A DNA stretch of 57,539 bases from NCBI GenBank assembly GCA_964444915.1, contig CAYUIY010000001.1:1-57539 (forward strand), read 5' to 3'. The first letter of the stretch is position 1, and each line of letters opens with the position of its first letter. This document shows positions 1 to 9,515 of the stretch, piece by piece. Source of the stretch: an uncultured Dysgonomonadaceae bacterium. Its GTDB lineage: Bacteria; Bacteroidota; Bacteroidia; Bacteroidales; Dysgonomonadaceae. The notes under the pieces were generated by a model. It saw only the letters and a list, made by a program, of their open reading frames with translations. It was not told where the DNA came from and did not search any database. Both the position numbers and the translations under genes were made by a program.

Positions 1-9
1 AATATAAAT

Positions 10-40
10 AAAGAAACACGCTATAATAGCATGTTTCTTT
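10..40 (-). terminator. Intrinsic terminator of tRNA-Gln
   Basis: 14-bp stem aaagaaacacgcta/tagcatgtttcttt directly 3' of the tRNA, with a U-rich tail on the minus strand. Confidence 0.75.
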
Positions 41-41
41 G

Positions 42-112
42 TTGTCCTACCAGGATTCGAACCTGGACCAGCTGAACCAAAATCAGATGTGCTGCCGTTA
101 CACTATAGGACA
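42..112 (-). tRNA. tRNA-Gln(TTG)
   Basis: Reverse complement TGTCCTATAGTGTAACGG...CTGA-TTTTGGT-TCAG...GGTTCGAATCC TGGTAGGACA A folds as a cloverleaf; anticodon TTG; CCA not encoded. Confidence 0.97.
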
Positions 113-141
113 ATCCCTAACTTGCTTCGTGAAAAGCAGTG

Positions 142-149
142 CAAAAATA
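142..149 (-). promoter_or_regulatory. Bacteroidetes -7 promoter element (TATTTTTG) for tRNA-Gln
   Basis: Matches TAnnTTTG about 30 nt upstream of the tRNA. Confidence 0.6.
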
Positions 150-235
150 AGATAATCTTTGCTATTTTGCAAACCTCCGTGGTATTTTTCATTGTTTTGT
201 TTAAAAAAACCTGTATAAAACTTAGCGGGAAATTT

Positions 236-261
236 GCACTTCTAATTTGAACTTACGTCCT
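236..261. repeat. 26-bp dispersed direct repeat, copy 1
   Basis: gcacttctaatttgaacttacgtcct; 25/26 identical to 1650..1675. Confidence 0.9.
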
Positions 262-264
262 TCC

Positions 265-1557
265 TTATTCTGCTATTAGCAGAAAATAATTCTTCTTGCC
301 ACGTTGAGCAATAATATATTTGTTCCCGATGAGATAGGATGAATCGATTACTGTATCGGAATTTTCCAATCGTTCTTTATTAATTGTTACTCCTCCCGAT
401 TTCGTGATTTTACGCATTTCGCTTTTTGATGGAAAAACAGCGGCTGTTTCTGTCAACAAGTCTACGGCTTTGATGCCTCGTGAAAGCGTTTCTTTCGAGA
501 TATTAAATTGGGGAACTCCTTCAAATACTTGGAGAAATGTTTCTTCATCGATGGAACGCAAGGTTTCCGAAGTTGCTTTTCCAAATAATATTTGTGAAGC
601 ATTGACGGCCATTTCGTAATCGTTGCGTGAGTGCGCCATGACGGTAACCTCTTCTGCTAATTTTTTTTGTAGCGGACGTAAATGAGGTGCTTTTTGCTGT
701 TCGGCTATCAGTGCATCTATTTCATCTTTGGAAAGGGTAGTGAAAATTTTGATATATTTGGCGGCGTCTTCGTCGCTTACATTCAACCAGAATTGGTAAA
801 ATTTATAAGGTGAGGTGTACCGACGGTCAAGCCATACATTGCCACTTTCTGTTTTCCCGAATTTACCGCCATCGGCTTTGGTTATGAGAGGACAGGTAAT
901 GGCATACACTTCTCCTCCTTCGATCCTACGAATGAGTTCTGCTCCGGTGGTAATGTTACCCCATTGATCGGATCCACCCATTTGTAAACGGCAGCCTATT
1001 TCCCTATATAAATGCAAAAAATCGTATCCTTGAATCAATTGATATGAAAATTCTGTAAAAGACATCCCCTCCGCAGAATCGTCGGTCAGCCGTTTTTTTA
1101 CGGAATCTTTTGCCATCATGTAATTAACGGTAATGTGTTTGCCGATGTCGCGGATAAAATTAAGAAAAGTATAATCTTTCATCCAGTCATAGTTGTTGAC
1201 CATAACTGCTTTATTGGATAGATCGCCTTCAAAATCGAGAAATTTAGCTAATTGGGCTTTAATTGCTTCCTGATTATGACGGAGAGTTTCTTCATCCAAT
1301 AGTTTTCGTTCGGCCGATTTCATTGAAGGATCTCCTATCATTCCTGTAGCACCTCCTACAAGGGCAATGGGTGTATGCCCTGCTCGTTGCAGATGCCTCA
1401 ACATCATTATACCTACAAGATGTCCAATATGAAGCGAATCTGCTGTAGGGTCAATGCCGACATATCCTGATGTTTTTTCTTTTAACAAGTATTCTTCCGT
1501 TCCGGGAATGATATCTTGAATCATACCTCTCCAACGAAGTTCTTCCACAAAATTCAT
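265..1557 (-). CDS. tyrS: Tyrosine--tRNA ligase
   Basis: [22 protein letters not shown] and KFGKT motifs; C-terminal S4-like domain. Confidence 0.98.
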   Translation of the reverse strand: MNFVEELRWRGMIQDIIPGTEEYLLKEKTSGYVGIDPTADSLHIGHLVGIMMLRHLQRAGHTPIALVGGATGMIGDPSMKSAERKLLDEETLRHNQEAIKAQLAKFLDFEGDLSNKAVMVNNYDWMKDYTFLNFIRDIGKHITVNYMMAKDSVKKRLTDDSAEGMSFTEFSYQLIQGYDFLHLYREIGCRLQMGGSDQWGNITTGAELIRRIEGGEVYAITCPLITKADGGKFGKTESGNVWLDRRYTSPYKFYQFWLNVSDEDAAKYIKIFTTLSKDEIDALIAEQQKAPHLRPLQKKLAEEVTVMAHSRNDYEMAVNASQILFGKATSETLRSIDEETFLQVFEGVPQFNISKETLSRGIKAVDLLTETAAVFPSKSEMRKITKSGGVTINKERLENSDTVIDSSYLIGNKYIIAQRGKKNYFLLIAE

Positions 1558-1593
1558 AAAATGTTCAGTTTGTTTGATTTGTTAAAACGTTTG

Positions 1594-1601
1594 CAAAGGT
1601 A
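1594..1601 (-). promoter_or_regulatory. -7 promoter element (TACCTTTG) for tyrS
   Basis: TAnnTTTG about 37 nt upstream of the ATG. Confidence 0.6.
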
Positions 1602-1649
1602 CAATTTTATTTTCGGAAAAATAAATTGAAAAACATCAACTGCAGTGTC

Positions 1650-1675
1650 GCACTTCTAATTTGAACTTAGGTCCT
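1650..1675. repeat. 26-bp dispersed direct repeat, copy 2
   Basis: gcacttctaatttgaacttaggtcct; 25/26 identical to 236..261. Confidence 0.9.
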
Positions 1676-1686
1676 ATTTTTTCCTT

Positions 1687-3132
1687 TCAACGTTTTCGGG
1701 ACAGCATGGTCAGAAACACAATGATGTTCATAATTTCGAGACGCCCAAGAAGCATATTTCCTGAAAGAATATATTTTGCAGCGTCGGGTAAGCCACTATA
1801 ATTTCCTAATGAACTTACTTTTCCAAATCCCGGTCCTGCATTTCCAAGAGTTGTGATAGCTGCGGAAAAAGCGGTCATGCCGTCTATTTTCATTGCTGTC
1901 AGCAGCAATGTTGTGACAAAAAAAGTGATAATGTAAAGCAGAATAAAAACTGCTGTTTGTAATTCCATATCGCTGTCGATGAGTGTGCCATCGATTTTTA
2001 TAGCATATATTCCATTGGGATGTTTGGTGAGTTTAATTTGTTTTATCAAGGATTTGAAAAAAAGAAAAATTCTATCAAACTTTAATCCGCCGGATGTAGA
2101 GCCCACCATTCCACATTGAATTGTAAAGTACATTTGAATGAGGATAGCAAAAATAGGCCAGTTAGGAGTATCGACGATAGCAAAACCGGTAGTGGTGCCT
2201 AAGGAAATCACCTGAAAGGCTGCATATCGTAGCGACTCTCCTGAGCTATAAACCTTTTCAAGGGTAAGTTGCCCCGCGACGAGTAAAATTCCTATAAACA
2301 TTACAATTACATACGATCGAACAACGCTTGAAGTGAAAATATTTAATTTTCGTCCGCGAACGGTATTGTAAATCAATCCGAAATGCATACTGCTTATCAG
2401 CATAAAAAACATAATGATGATTTCGATTGATATATTGTTAAAATAGGCAACGCTTGTGTTTTTTGTAGAAAATCCGCCGGTGGCAACGGTGGCAAACGAA
2501 TGGCAAACAGCATCGAACCAATTCATGCCGAAAACTTTCAGCAAAATGGTTTCCACTGCGATAAGACTTATGTAAACGATGACGATGATATTGGCAATTT
2601 CTTTTGTTTTCATTCGAAAGTTAAGCATAGATAATCCGGAAACTTCAGAATGATAAATGCTTGAACGGACCCCCCTTTTTTCAGGAAGGATAACCAATAC
2701 AAAAAGAATAATGCCTATTCCGCCAATGAAATGAGTAGATGCCCTCCAAAACAATAATCCTTTAGGTAATATTTCGACATTGTTCAAGATGGTAGCCCCG
2801 GTTGTGGTAAATCCTGAAACGCTTTCGAATAATGAATTAGCCAACGTAAATTCTCCGCCCCACATGAAATAAGGAATCATTCCTGTAAGGCAAGTAGCAA
2901 TCCAACCAAGAACGCTTATGGCAATTCCTTCTTGAAAGGTAATTTCTTCTATTTTTTCGATAAATATTTGAGGGAATATTCCCAATGCGGTGCATACCAG
3001 TGTTCCGCACAAAAGCGGTATAAAAGAATCTTCGTGGAGAAAAAAAGATATCGCTGCCGAGATACACAAAAACAAGGCATTAAAAAGCAGAACAAATCCT
3101 AAATACCTCAATATGGCTTTTGTTCGTATCAT
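1687..3132 (-). CDS. trkH: Trk system potassium uptake membrane protein
   Basis: Multi-pass membrane protein with four P-loop filters (SGFTTTG, TVATGGFS, GTTTGF, LGNAGPG), GSTSGGLK and GRLE. Confidence 0.95.
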   Translation of the reverse strand: MIRTKAILRYLGFVLLFNALFLCISAAISFFLHEDSFIPLLCGTLVCTALGIFPQIFIEKIEEITFQEGIAISVLGWIATCLTGMIPYFMWGGEFTLANSLFESVSGFTTTGATILNNVEILPKGLLFWRASTHFIGGIGIILFVLVILPEKRGVRSSIYHSEVSGLSMLNFRMKTKEIANIIVIVYISLIAVETILLKVFGMNWFDAVCHSFATVATGGFSTKNTSVAYFNNISIEIIIMFFMLISSMHFGLIYNTVRGRKLNIFTSSVVRSYVIVMFIGILLVAGQLTLEKVYSSGESLRYAAFQVISLGTTTGFAIVDTPNWPIFAILIQMYFTIQCGMVGSTSGGLKFDRIFLFFKSLIKQIKLTKHPNGIYAIKIDGTLIDSDMELQTAVFILLYIITFFVTTLLLTAMKIDGMTAFSAAITTLGNAGPGFGKVSSLGNYSGLPDAAKYILSGNMLLGRLEIMNIIVFLTMLSRKR

Positions 3133-3252
3133 AGAGATTATTTATTTTTTCATTCACAATGTTTTCAGTGTGTAGAAAGCGATCGCTCTGAGTTGTCTGT
3201 TTTTCATTAGACAGAATTCAGTTTTTATAAAAAGTTCTGATAATAATTGGCG

Positions 3253-3260
3253 CAAAGGTA
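3253..3260 (-). promoter_or_regulatory. -7 promoter element (TACCTTTG) for trkH, implying a ~115-nt leader
   Basis: TAnnTTTG consensus lying downstream of the 3312..3354 terminator. Confidence 0.55.
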
Positions 3261-3311
3261 CGTGTTTTTAAAGTATTTTTCCAAAAAGGGATGAAAAACT
3301 TTTTGGGGAAT

Positions 3312-3354
3312 AAAAAAAGTGGAACACATTTATCATTATGTGTTCCACTTTTTT
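3312..3354 (-). terminator. Intrinsic terminator after the TPR lipoprotein gene
   Basis: Perfect stem aaaaaagtggaacacat/atgtgttccactttttt with A/T tails. Confidence 0.85.
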
Positions 3355-3373
3355 AAAGATTGAACAGTTGATT

Positions 3374-5077
3374 TTATTGTATTAACGATACAAATTCATT
3401 GTTTGTTCTGTATTTAGCGAATTCCAGATCGTTTGCAGCTTTCTGAGCCATAGATTTGTCGCGCTGAATTGCTGTTTGAAGATTAGTAATTACATCGTTG
3501 AAGTTGTTTGTTCTTGCAGCGACGATTGCAGCCAGATAAGCAGTAGTTGCATCGGGATTAGGAATAGCAGCAAGTGTTTGCGATGCCTTATTGTAATCTT
3601 TTACCAATAGTTGAGCTAATGCGGCATTGTTCGATTTTAGATTGCCGAAAGCCTCTACAGCTTTGTTATATTCACCTTTCTTCAAATAAAGTAATCCGAG
3701 AGCAGCATTCAGGTTTTTAGCTCCACCAGCTTTACCAAGTAATTCTTCAGCTTTGTCGAGATTATTATTTGTCATGGCTATTAATGCCAGATTCATATTT
3801 ACTTCAGGAGCATTAGGAGATATTTGTGCAGCACGATTAAAGGATTGTTCGGCTTTATTTATGTTGCCTCGTTTATAGAAAAGTGCGCCCAAATTGTTCC
3901 ATCCTCTGTAATCTTGTGGAAAGTTTACCGTAACATGCTGATAAATACGCTCTTTTTCGGCATCATTATCGGTTAGTGTAGCTGCATAAAGCAATTCTTC
4001 CACATTCAATTGTTTAGGATCATTGCGCCAGAAAGACATAATTTCATCATCTGTTTTACCGATAATATCTATGCTGGCAATTAGTCGTGCGCGACGCAAC
4101 TGAGGAAGAACGGTTTCAGCCAATTCTTGGTATATATGCGAAAGGTTTTTAATTTGTATTTCTCGTTCTTCAGGATCGGTGTACATTTCTAATATTCTTA
4201 TTATAAGCTCTTTATCCTGCAGATCAGATGCTTGTACCAACTGACGGAATCCTTCCCAGTCTTCTTCTGTATAATGTGTATTAATTTCGGGAGAAATATT
4301 TTTCTTTTTAAATTCTTTTTCCAGATAATTTAAAGAATTTTTTTGACGTTGTCTGGCAAGGGTTTCATTAAGTGACCACGGACCATCGGGTGAAGCATAA
4401 CCTCCTATTTCAAGAGCAATTTGCTGTTTAGGATCGCCAAAGGCTTCTTCTACACGTTTTTTCCATGCCTGGAGTCCTTCTTTGGTTAGTTCACTTTGTC
4501 GTAATTCGGCACTTTCAATAAGAAACATGATAGCTTCTTCCTGTTTTTCTTTAATAATGCGTTGAAAGTTGTCATCTGCAAAAGCAGGATCGGTAGTTAA
4601 TGCATCGGCTAACATAGAAGTAGCTATTACGCCGTCAGCAACTTTTACATCGGGAAGATTCGCTTTTTTGTTCTTTATCTGTGCGTCGAAACGCATAAAA
4701 AGTTCGGAAACTTCCATTCCTTCTTGATAGGGGAATTTAAAATTCATGGCGAAATTTCCACCTTTGTTTTTAGGAATTGTTATGCCGTTTCCGGCTACTT
4801 TTTCTCCCTGATAGGTGTAGGAAGTTGCTTTCAATTCCTTATTCCCCGCATATTTAATCACAGGAGTAATGGTTACTGTTGCATTTGGATGAAACCATTT
4901 TTCAGGGAATGTCCCATTAACAGTAACAGGCACTTCCATCCCAACTGTTTCAAGGGGGGATGGGGTTACTTTAAAATTTGACTGAGACAGCGGTTTAAGA
5001 CTACTGCTGCACGAGGTAGCAAACAGAACGATTGCTGCTGCTAACACTAGAGATACGTTAAATAATTTTCTGTTCAT
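3374..5077 (-). CDS. Conserved Bacteroidales TPR lipoprotein with a central OmpA-like segment
   Basis: Lipobox FATSC; GYASPDG...NETLARQR OmpA-like motif; C-terminal TPR repeats. Confidence 0.8.
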   Translation of the reverse strand: MNRKLFNVSLVLAAAIVLFATSCSSSLKPLSQSNFKVTPSPLETVGMEVPVTVNGTFPEKWFHPNATVTITPVIKYAGNKELKATSYTYQGEKVAGNGITIPKNKGGNFAMNFKFPYQEGMEVSELFMRFDAQIKNKKANLPDVKVADGVIATSMLADALTTDPAFADDNFQRIIKEKQEEAIMFLIESAELRQSELTKEGLQAWKKRVEEAFGDPKQQIALEIGGYASPDGPWSLNETLARQRQKNSLNYLEKEFKKKNISPEINTHYTEEDWEGFRQLVQASDLQDKELIIRILEMYTDPEEREIQIKNLSHIYQELAETVLPQLRRARLIASIDIIGKTDDEIMSFWRNDPKQLNVEELLYAATLTDNDAEKERIYQHVTVNFPQDYRGWNNLGALFYKRGNINKAEQSFNRAAQISPNAPEVNMNLALIAMTNNNLDKAEELLGKAGGAKNLNAALGLLYLKKGEYNKAVEAFGNLKSNNAALAQLLVKDYNKASQTLAAIPNPDATTAYLAAIVAARTNNFNDVITNLQTAIQRDKSMAQKAANDLEFAKYRTNNEFVSLIQ

Positions 5078-5228
5078 GACGGAAAAATTTATATAGGTTA
5101 GTTTTTATTAATTTATTATATCCTATTTTCTATTTTAGATCCAAAATCGTTCTACAAAACTATCGATTTTTCCTTAAAAAAGAAAGGAAAAGTTTTTATA
5201 AATTGCATATTTAGCTATTTTTTAGAAA

Positions 5229-6347
5229 TTAAACGATAAATCCAAGTTGTTTTAGTAAATCTGCATTGGCTGGATGGGCATTTTTGACTGTATACGCTTT
5301 ATATTCGCGTCGGAGAGGGTAGTGGGAACGAAAATAATAAAATTTTTCCGGCGAATTTTTTAACGCTTTTGTTTCTTTCAAAGGATTATATGTATGAAGA
5401 ACTGCGTGACGTATTTGTTTTTCGGGACTGACTCCTTCTAAATCTATAATAGGATTGGGAGGAGGAGGAATAGGTGGCATAAGTTTTACCGGATCAATAT
5501 CGAAATGAAAGAATTCACAAAGATTTTCGAGCGTCATTTTAGTTGCTGTCCATTTTCCATCGGCTGAATATCCTGCAACGTGAGGTGTGGCTATATCGGC
5601 CATTCCCAGGAGTTCTTTATCAATGCGGGGTTCATTTTCCCAGCAATCGATTATTGATCCTGACACACGATTTTCTTTTATTGCCTTTTTCCAGGCATTG
5701 TTATCGGTTACGCTCCCGCGGCAAGAATTAATCAGAATGGGGTTATTCTCCAGTTCGTTGAAAAAAAATTCATCGACTAGATGCCATGTTTTGTATTTCC
5801 CTGTTTTGGTAAGCGGTGTATGTAGTGTGATGATGTCTGACTTACGTTTAATGGTTTCCAGATCAACAAACATGTTGTTGGCGTTTCCCTCGTGTTCTTC
5901 TCGTGGTGGGTCGTTCAGCAAGACATGCATGCCTAGTTTTTTGCAGGCAGCTTCCACTTTGCTTCCTACATTTCCTACGCCCACAATCCCGATTGTCTTT
6001 TTTTTCAGCTCGAATCCCTTTTTTTCTGCCATGAGCAGTAAAGATGCTGTCACATATTGTTCAACTGAGCCGGCATTACAACCCGGGGCAGTACGCCACG
6101 CAATACCGTGAGTATCGCAATAGTGGGTATCGATATGATCATAACCTATGGTGGCTGAACAAATGAGCTTTACAGATGATCCTGCCAGTATTTCTTCGCC
6201 AAAATAGGTTACCGTTCGTACGATCAGTACATCTTTGTCTTTGATGGTTTCTTTGGTGAATTGATTGCCGGGAAGATATTCTACGTCGCCAAAATGTTCA
6301 ATGGCGCCTTTTAAATAAGGAATATGGGCGTCTGCCAAAATTTTCAT
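5229..6347 (-). CDS. pdxB: Erythronate-4-phosphate dehydrogenase
   Basis: MKILADAHIPY start; SATIGYDHID, APGCNA, GVGNVG, LHTPL and TPHVAGYS motifs. Confidence 0.93.
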   Translation of the reverse strand: MKILADAHIPYLKGAIEHFGDVEYLPGNQFTKETIKDKDVLIVRTVTYFGEEILAGSSVKLICSATIGYDHIDTHYCDTHGIAWRTAPGCNAGSVEQYVTASLLLMAEKKGFELKKKTIGIVGVGNVGSKVEAACKKLGMHVLLNDPPREEHEGNANNMFVDLETIKRKSDIITLHTPLTKTGKYKTWHLVDEFFFNELENNPILINSCRGSVTDNNAWKKAIKENRVSGSIIDCWENEPRIDKELLGMADIATPHVAGYSADGKWTATKMTLENLCEFFHFDIDPVKLMPPIPPPPNPIIDLEGVSPEKQIRHAVLHTYNPLKETKALKNSPEKFYYFRSHYPLRREYKAYTVKNAHPANADLLKQLGFIV

Positions 6348-6360
6348 TTTCGCGATGAAT

Positions 6361-7836
6361 TTATAAAGTTTTTTTCAACCAGGTATCCATTCCTTTTGCG
6401 GCTTTGCGTCCATCACCCATAGCAAGAATCACCGTAGCTCCGCCTCGTACAATATCGCCCCCCGCAAAAATATTATCTACACTGGTTTGCATGGTTTCGT
6501 TGTCTATGACGATTGTTCCGTAAGAGGTGACTTCTAGACCGGTGAAAGTAGATGGAATTAAAGGATTGGGAGAGACTCCGATGCTTACAATGACTCCGTC
6601 AACATCTATCCATACCGTTTCGCCTTCGATAGGGATCGGGCGGCGGCGACCTGAAACGTCAGGTTCTCCGAGTCTCATGCGTTGCAGCAACATTTTTTGT
6701 ACGCGTCCTTTCTCATCCCCTTCGTATCTTATGGGATTATGCAACGTGAGAAATTCAATACCTTCTTCTTTGGCATGTTTTACTTCTTCGATTCGTGCCG
6801 GCATTTCTTCTTCTGAACGTCGATAAACGATCATTGCTTTTTCTGCACCCAGGCGGCGTGCTGTACGAACGGCATCCATAGCGGTATTTCCTCCACCTAT
6901 CACTGCTATTCTTTTCCCGCGGTGAACAGGGGTGTCGCTATCGGGATCGGCCGCTCGCATCAAATTCACACGAGTAAGATATTCGTTGGCCGACATAACA
7001 CCAATAAGGTTTTCCCCCGGAATATTCATAAAATTGGGAAAACCGGCTCCACTACCAATGAAAATGCCTTTATAACCAGAGTCTTTTAAATCTTCTTGCG
7101 AAATGGTTTTACCTATGATACAATTGGTTTCGAATTTTACTCCCATTTTTTTGAGCACCTCAATTTCGGCATCAACAGTTTTATTGGGTAGACGGAATTC
7201 GGGAATGCCATAGCGAAGAACACCTCCTAACTCATGCAATGCTTCAAAAACTGTTACTTCGTATCCTAGTTTTGCCATGTCGCCTGCAAAAGCCAAACCG
7301 GCCGGTCCGGATCCTACAACAGCAATTTTGATTGCGTTTGCAGAAGCAGTTTCCGGAATAGAAATATTCCCGCTTTCTTGTTCATAATCGGCAGCAAAAC
7401 GTTCAAGATAGCCTATGGCAACAGCTTCTTTTTTGAGTTTTTGAACGTAAAAACATTGGCTTTCGCATTGACGCTCCTGCGGGCAAACCCGTCCACACAC
7501 AGCAGGGAGCGTATTTGTTTCTTTCAGTGTTTTGGCTGCTTCAAGAATTTCACCCCGCTCAATGTTTTTAATAAACTTTGGAATGTTTACTTCCACGGGG
7601 CATCCCATGATGCAAGTAGGATTTACACAATCAAGGCAGCGATGCGATTCGGCAAGAGCCAGTTCCGGTGTAAGTCCAAGATTTACTTCCTGAAAATTGT
7701 GAATACGGGCTTCCGGTGGTTGTTCGGGCATTTTTACTCGTGGTAAATTGGTGCGTTCTTTATTTTTCATCGTTTTACGTAACGCTTCGCGCCAGGGTTG
7801 ATTACGTTCAGCTTGCAAATATTCTTTTGAAGGCAT
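6361..7836 (-). CDS. nfnB: NfnB/SudA large subunit (GltD-like; often annotated NADPH-dependent glutamate synthase)
   Basis: CLDC..PTC..GCPV and CGRVCPQ Fe-S motifs; GSGPAG and GGGNTAMD; GGD...GATVILAMG; adjacent to nfnA. Confidence 0.88.
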   Translation of the reverse strand: MPSKEYLQAERNQPWREALRKTMKNKERTNLPRVKMPEQPPEARIHNFQEVNLGLTPELALAESHRCLDCVNPTCIMGCPVEVNIPKFIKNIERGEILEAAKTLKETNTLPAVCGRVCPQERQCESQCFYVQKLKKEAVAIGYLERFAADYEQESGNISIPETASANAIKIAVVGSGPAGLAFAGDMAKLGYEVTVFEALHELGGVLRYGIPEFRLPNKTVDAEIEVLKKMGVKFETNCIIGKTISQEDLKDSGYKGIFIGSGAGFPNFMNIPGENLIGVMSANEYLTRVNLMRAADPDSDTPVHRGKRIAVIGGGNTAMDAVRTARRLGAEKAMIVYRRSEEEMPARIEEVKHAKEEGIEFLTLHNPIRYEGDEKGRVQKMLLQRMRLGEPDVSGRRRPIPIEGETVWIDVDGVIVSIGVSPNPLIPSTFTGLEVTSYGTIVIDNETMQTSVDNIFAGGDIVRGGATVILAMGDGRKAAKGMDTWLKKTL

Positions 7837-7902
7837 TTCAATTTGTTTTTAAACTGTTGACTAAACTATGAATTGATGTTTTTGCGTTTTTACTTATTTT
7901 AC

Positions 7903-8685
7903 TTAATTGTAAGCATTCAATCGCATGATCAATTCATCAAAATTAACTTGATGAGCATCGAATTCGGGACCGTCTATGCAGACGAATTTTATTTTACCAC
8001 CCACTGTTACTCGGCAGGCACCACACATACCCGTACCATCTACCATGATTGGATTTAGTGATGCGATGGTGGGGAGATTGTATTTTTTGGTAAGTTCCGA
8101 AAGAAATTTCATCATAATTACAGGACCGGCAGTAACACATAGATCTACTTTTTCACTTTGTATCACCTCTTCCACTCCTTTGGTTATTAAGCCCTTTTTA
8201 CCGTACGATCCGTCGTCGGTCATGATAATAACTTCATCTGCAAATTGCCGAATTTCATTTTCTAGAATGATGAGTTCTTTGGTGCGTGCAGCCAATATGG
8301 CAATTACTTTGTTATCGGCCTTTTTCATTGCCTCAACGATGGGTAATATGGGAGCTATGCCAACACCGCCACCTGCACAAAGTACAGTGCCGAAGTTTTC
8401 GATGTGTGTTGCCTTCCCTAAGGGTCCCACCAAATCGGTTACATAATCTCCGACGTTAAGCTTGCAAAATTTTCCCGACGATTTTCCTACGTTTTGCACA
8501 ACCAACGTAATTGTACCTTTTTGTGGATCGGAAGTTACAATTGTATAAGGTATGCGTTCGCCTTTTTCACCTATGCGGACAATTACAAAATGACCCGCCT
8601 TGCGTTTTTTGGCTATCAATGGTGCTTCGATTTCAAATTTTACAACTTTTTCCGATAAGTATTCTTTTCCTACGATTTTATTCAT
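7903..8685 (-). CDS. nfnA: NfnA/SudB small subunit (ferredoxin-NADP reductase-like); start moved to MNKIV
   Basis: GERIPYT, GGGVG and DGTGMCGACRV...CIDGPEFD motifs; a -7 promoter at 8735..8742 lies inside the longer ORF call, favouring the ATG at 8685. Confidence 0.9.
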   Translation of the reverse strand: MNKIVGKEYLSEKVVKFEIEAPLIAKKRKAGHFVIVRIGEKGERIPYTIVTSDPQKGTITLVVQNVGKSSGKFCKLNVGDYVTDLVGPLGKATHIENFGTVLCAGGGVGIAPILPIVEAMKKADNKVIAILAARTKELIILENEIRQFADEVIIMTDDGSYGKKGLITKGVEEVIQSEKVDLCVTAGPVIMMKFLSELTKKYNLPTIASLNPIMVDGTGMCGACRVTVGGKIKFVCIDGPEFDAHQVNFDELIMRLNAYN

Positions 8686-8894
8686 GACAAATAAGGGTAT
8701 TGCTATTCTCTTATTAAAAAAGGACTTTATTTTGCAAAAATACACTTTTTTATGTGAATAGAAATCGGAATTCTAAAATAACATCGAATTTAGAAGAGAA
8801 ACGTGGTTTTAGTTGCGAAATTGTATTATCGTATGATAATGAAATTAAAGCAGATTGATTATCTTTGCATTATACAATGCAAAAAAAATAAATT

Positions 8895-9515
8895 ATGAAA
8901 GATTTCAGTGCTAACGCCAATGCAATTTTTGACCGTGCAACAGAAGATTATCATCTCGTAAATCACGTAGATGCTGTTATGAAAAATCCGTTTCAACCGG
9001 GAACGATTGATTTTCTTCTTTATGAAAAAAATTGGATCGATGTAGTTCAATGGCATCTCGAAGATATCATTCGTGATCCTGAAATTGATCCTATCAAAGC
9101 ATTGGAAATCAAGCGTCGTATAGATCGATCGAATCAGGAAAGAACGGATTTGGTGGAAAAAATCGATGATTATTTTCTTGATTTTTTTAAAGATGTAAAA
9201 CCGCTTCCCAATGCTTTCATCAATACAGAAAGCCCTGCATGGGCAATTGATCGATTATCGATTCTTGCCATAAAAATTTATCATATGCGAGACGAGGTTA
9301 ACCGCACAGATGCTGATGAACAGCATGTGATTAATTGCCGTAAAAAATTAAATGTTCTTATGGAACAACGCGAAGATCTCTCACATGCTATTGATACGTT
9401 GCTTCAAGAAATTGGAGAAGGAAAAAAATACATGAAGGTTTACAGGCAAATGAAAATGTATAACGACCCTTCTCTTAATCCTGTGCTATATAATAAGCAA
9501 CAAAATAATGGCTAA
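8895..9515 (+). CDS. DUF4254 domain protein
   Basis: QWHLEDIIRDP, KRRIDRSNQ and NTESPAWAIDRLSIL motifs; usual partner of the GT9 gene. Confidence 0.85.
   Translation: MKDFSANANAIFDRATEDYHLVNHVDAVMKNPFQPGTIDFLLYEKNWIDVVQWHLEDIIRDPEIDPIKALEIKRRIDRSNQERTDLVEKIDDYFLDFFKDVKPLPNAFINTESPAWAIDRLSILAIKIYHMRDEVNRTDADEQHVINCRKKLNVLMEQREDLSHAIDTLLQEIGEGKKYMKVYRQMKMYNDPSLNPVLYNKQQNNG

Noticed and set aside
3133-3250. c-di-AMP (ydaO) riboswitch upstream of trkH
   Set aside because: The G-rich conserved cores of that family are absent and the leader is too AT-rich.
3319-3348. parS-like half-sites GTGGAACA / TGTTCCAC
   Set aside because: The halves are in the wrong order and separated by a loop; they are simply the terminator stem. 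A 3-mismatch parS-like 16-mer at 57370..57385 lies within coding sequence and was also rejected.
7837-7905. nfnA-nfnB in-frame fusion by stop-codon readthrough
   Set aside because: The genes share a frame, but a second in-frame TAA follows two codons later and nfnB has its own A-rich initiation region; these are two separate genes.
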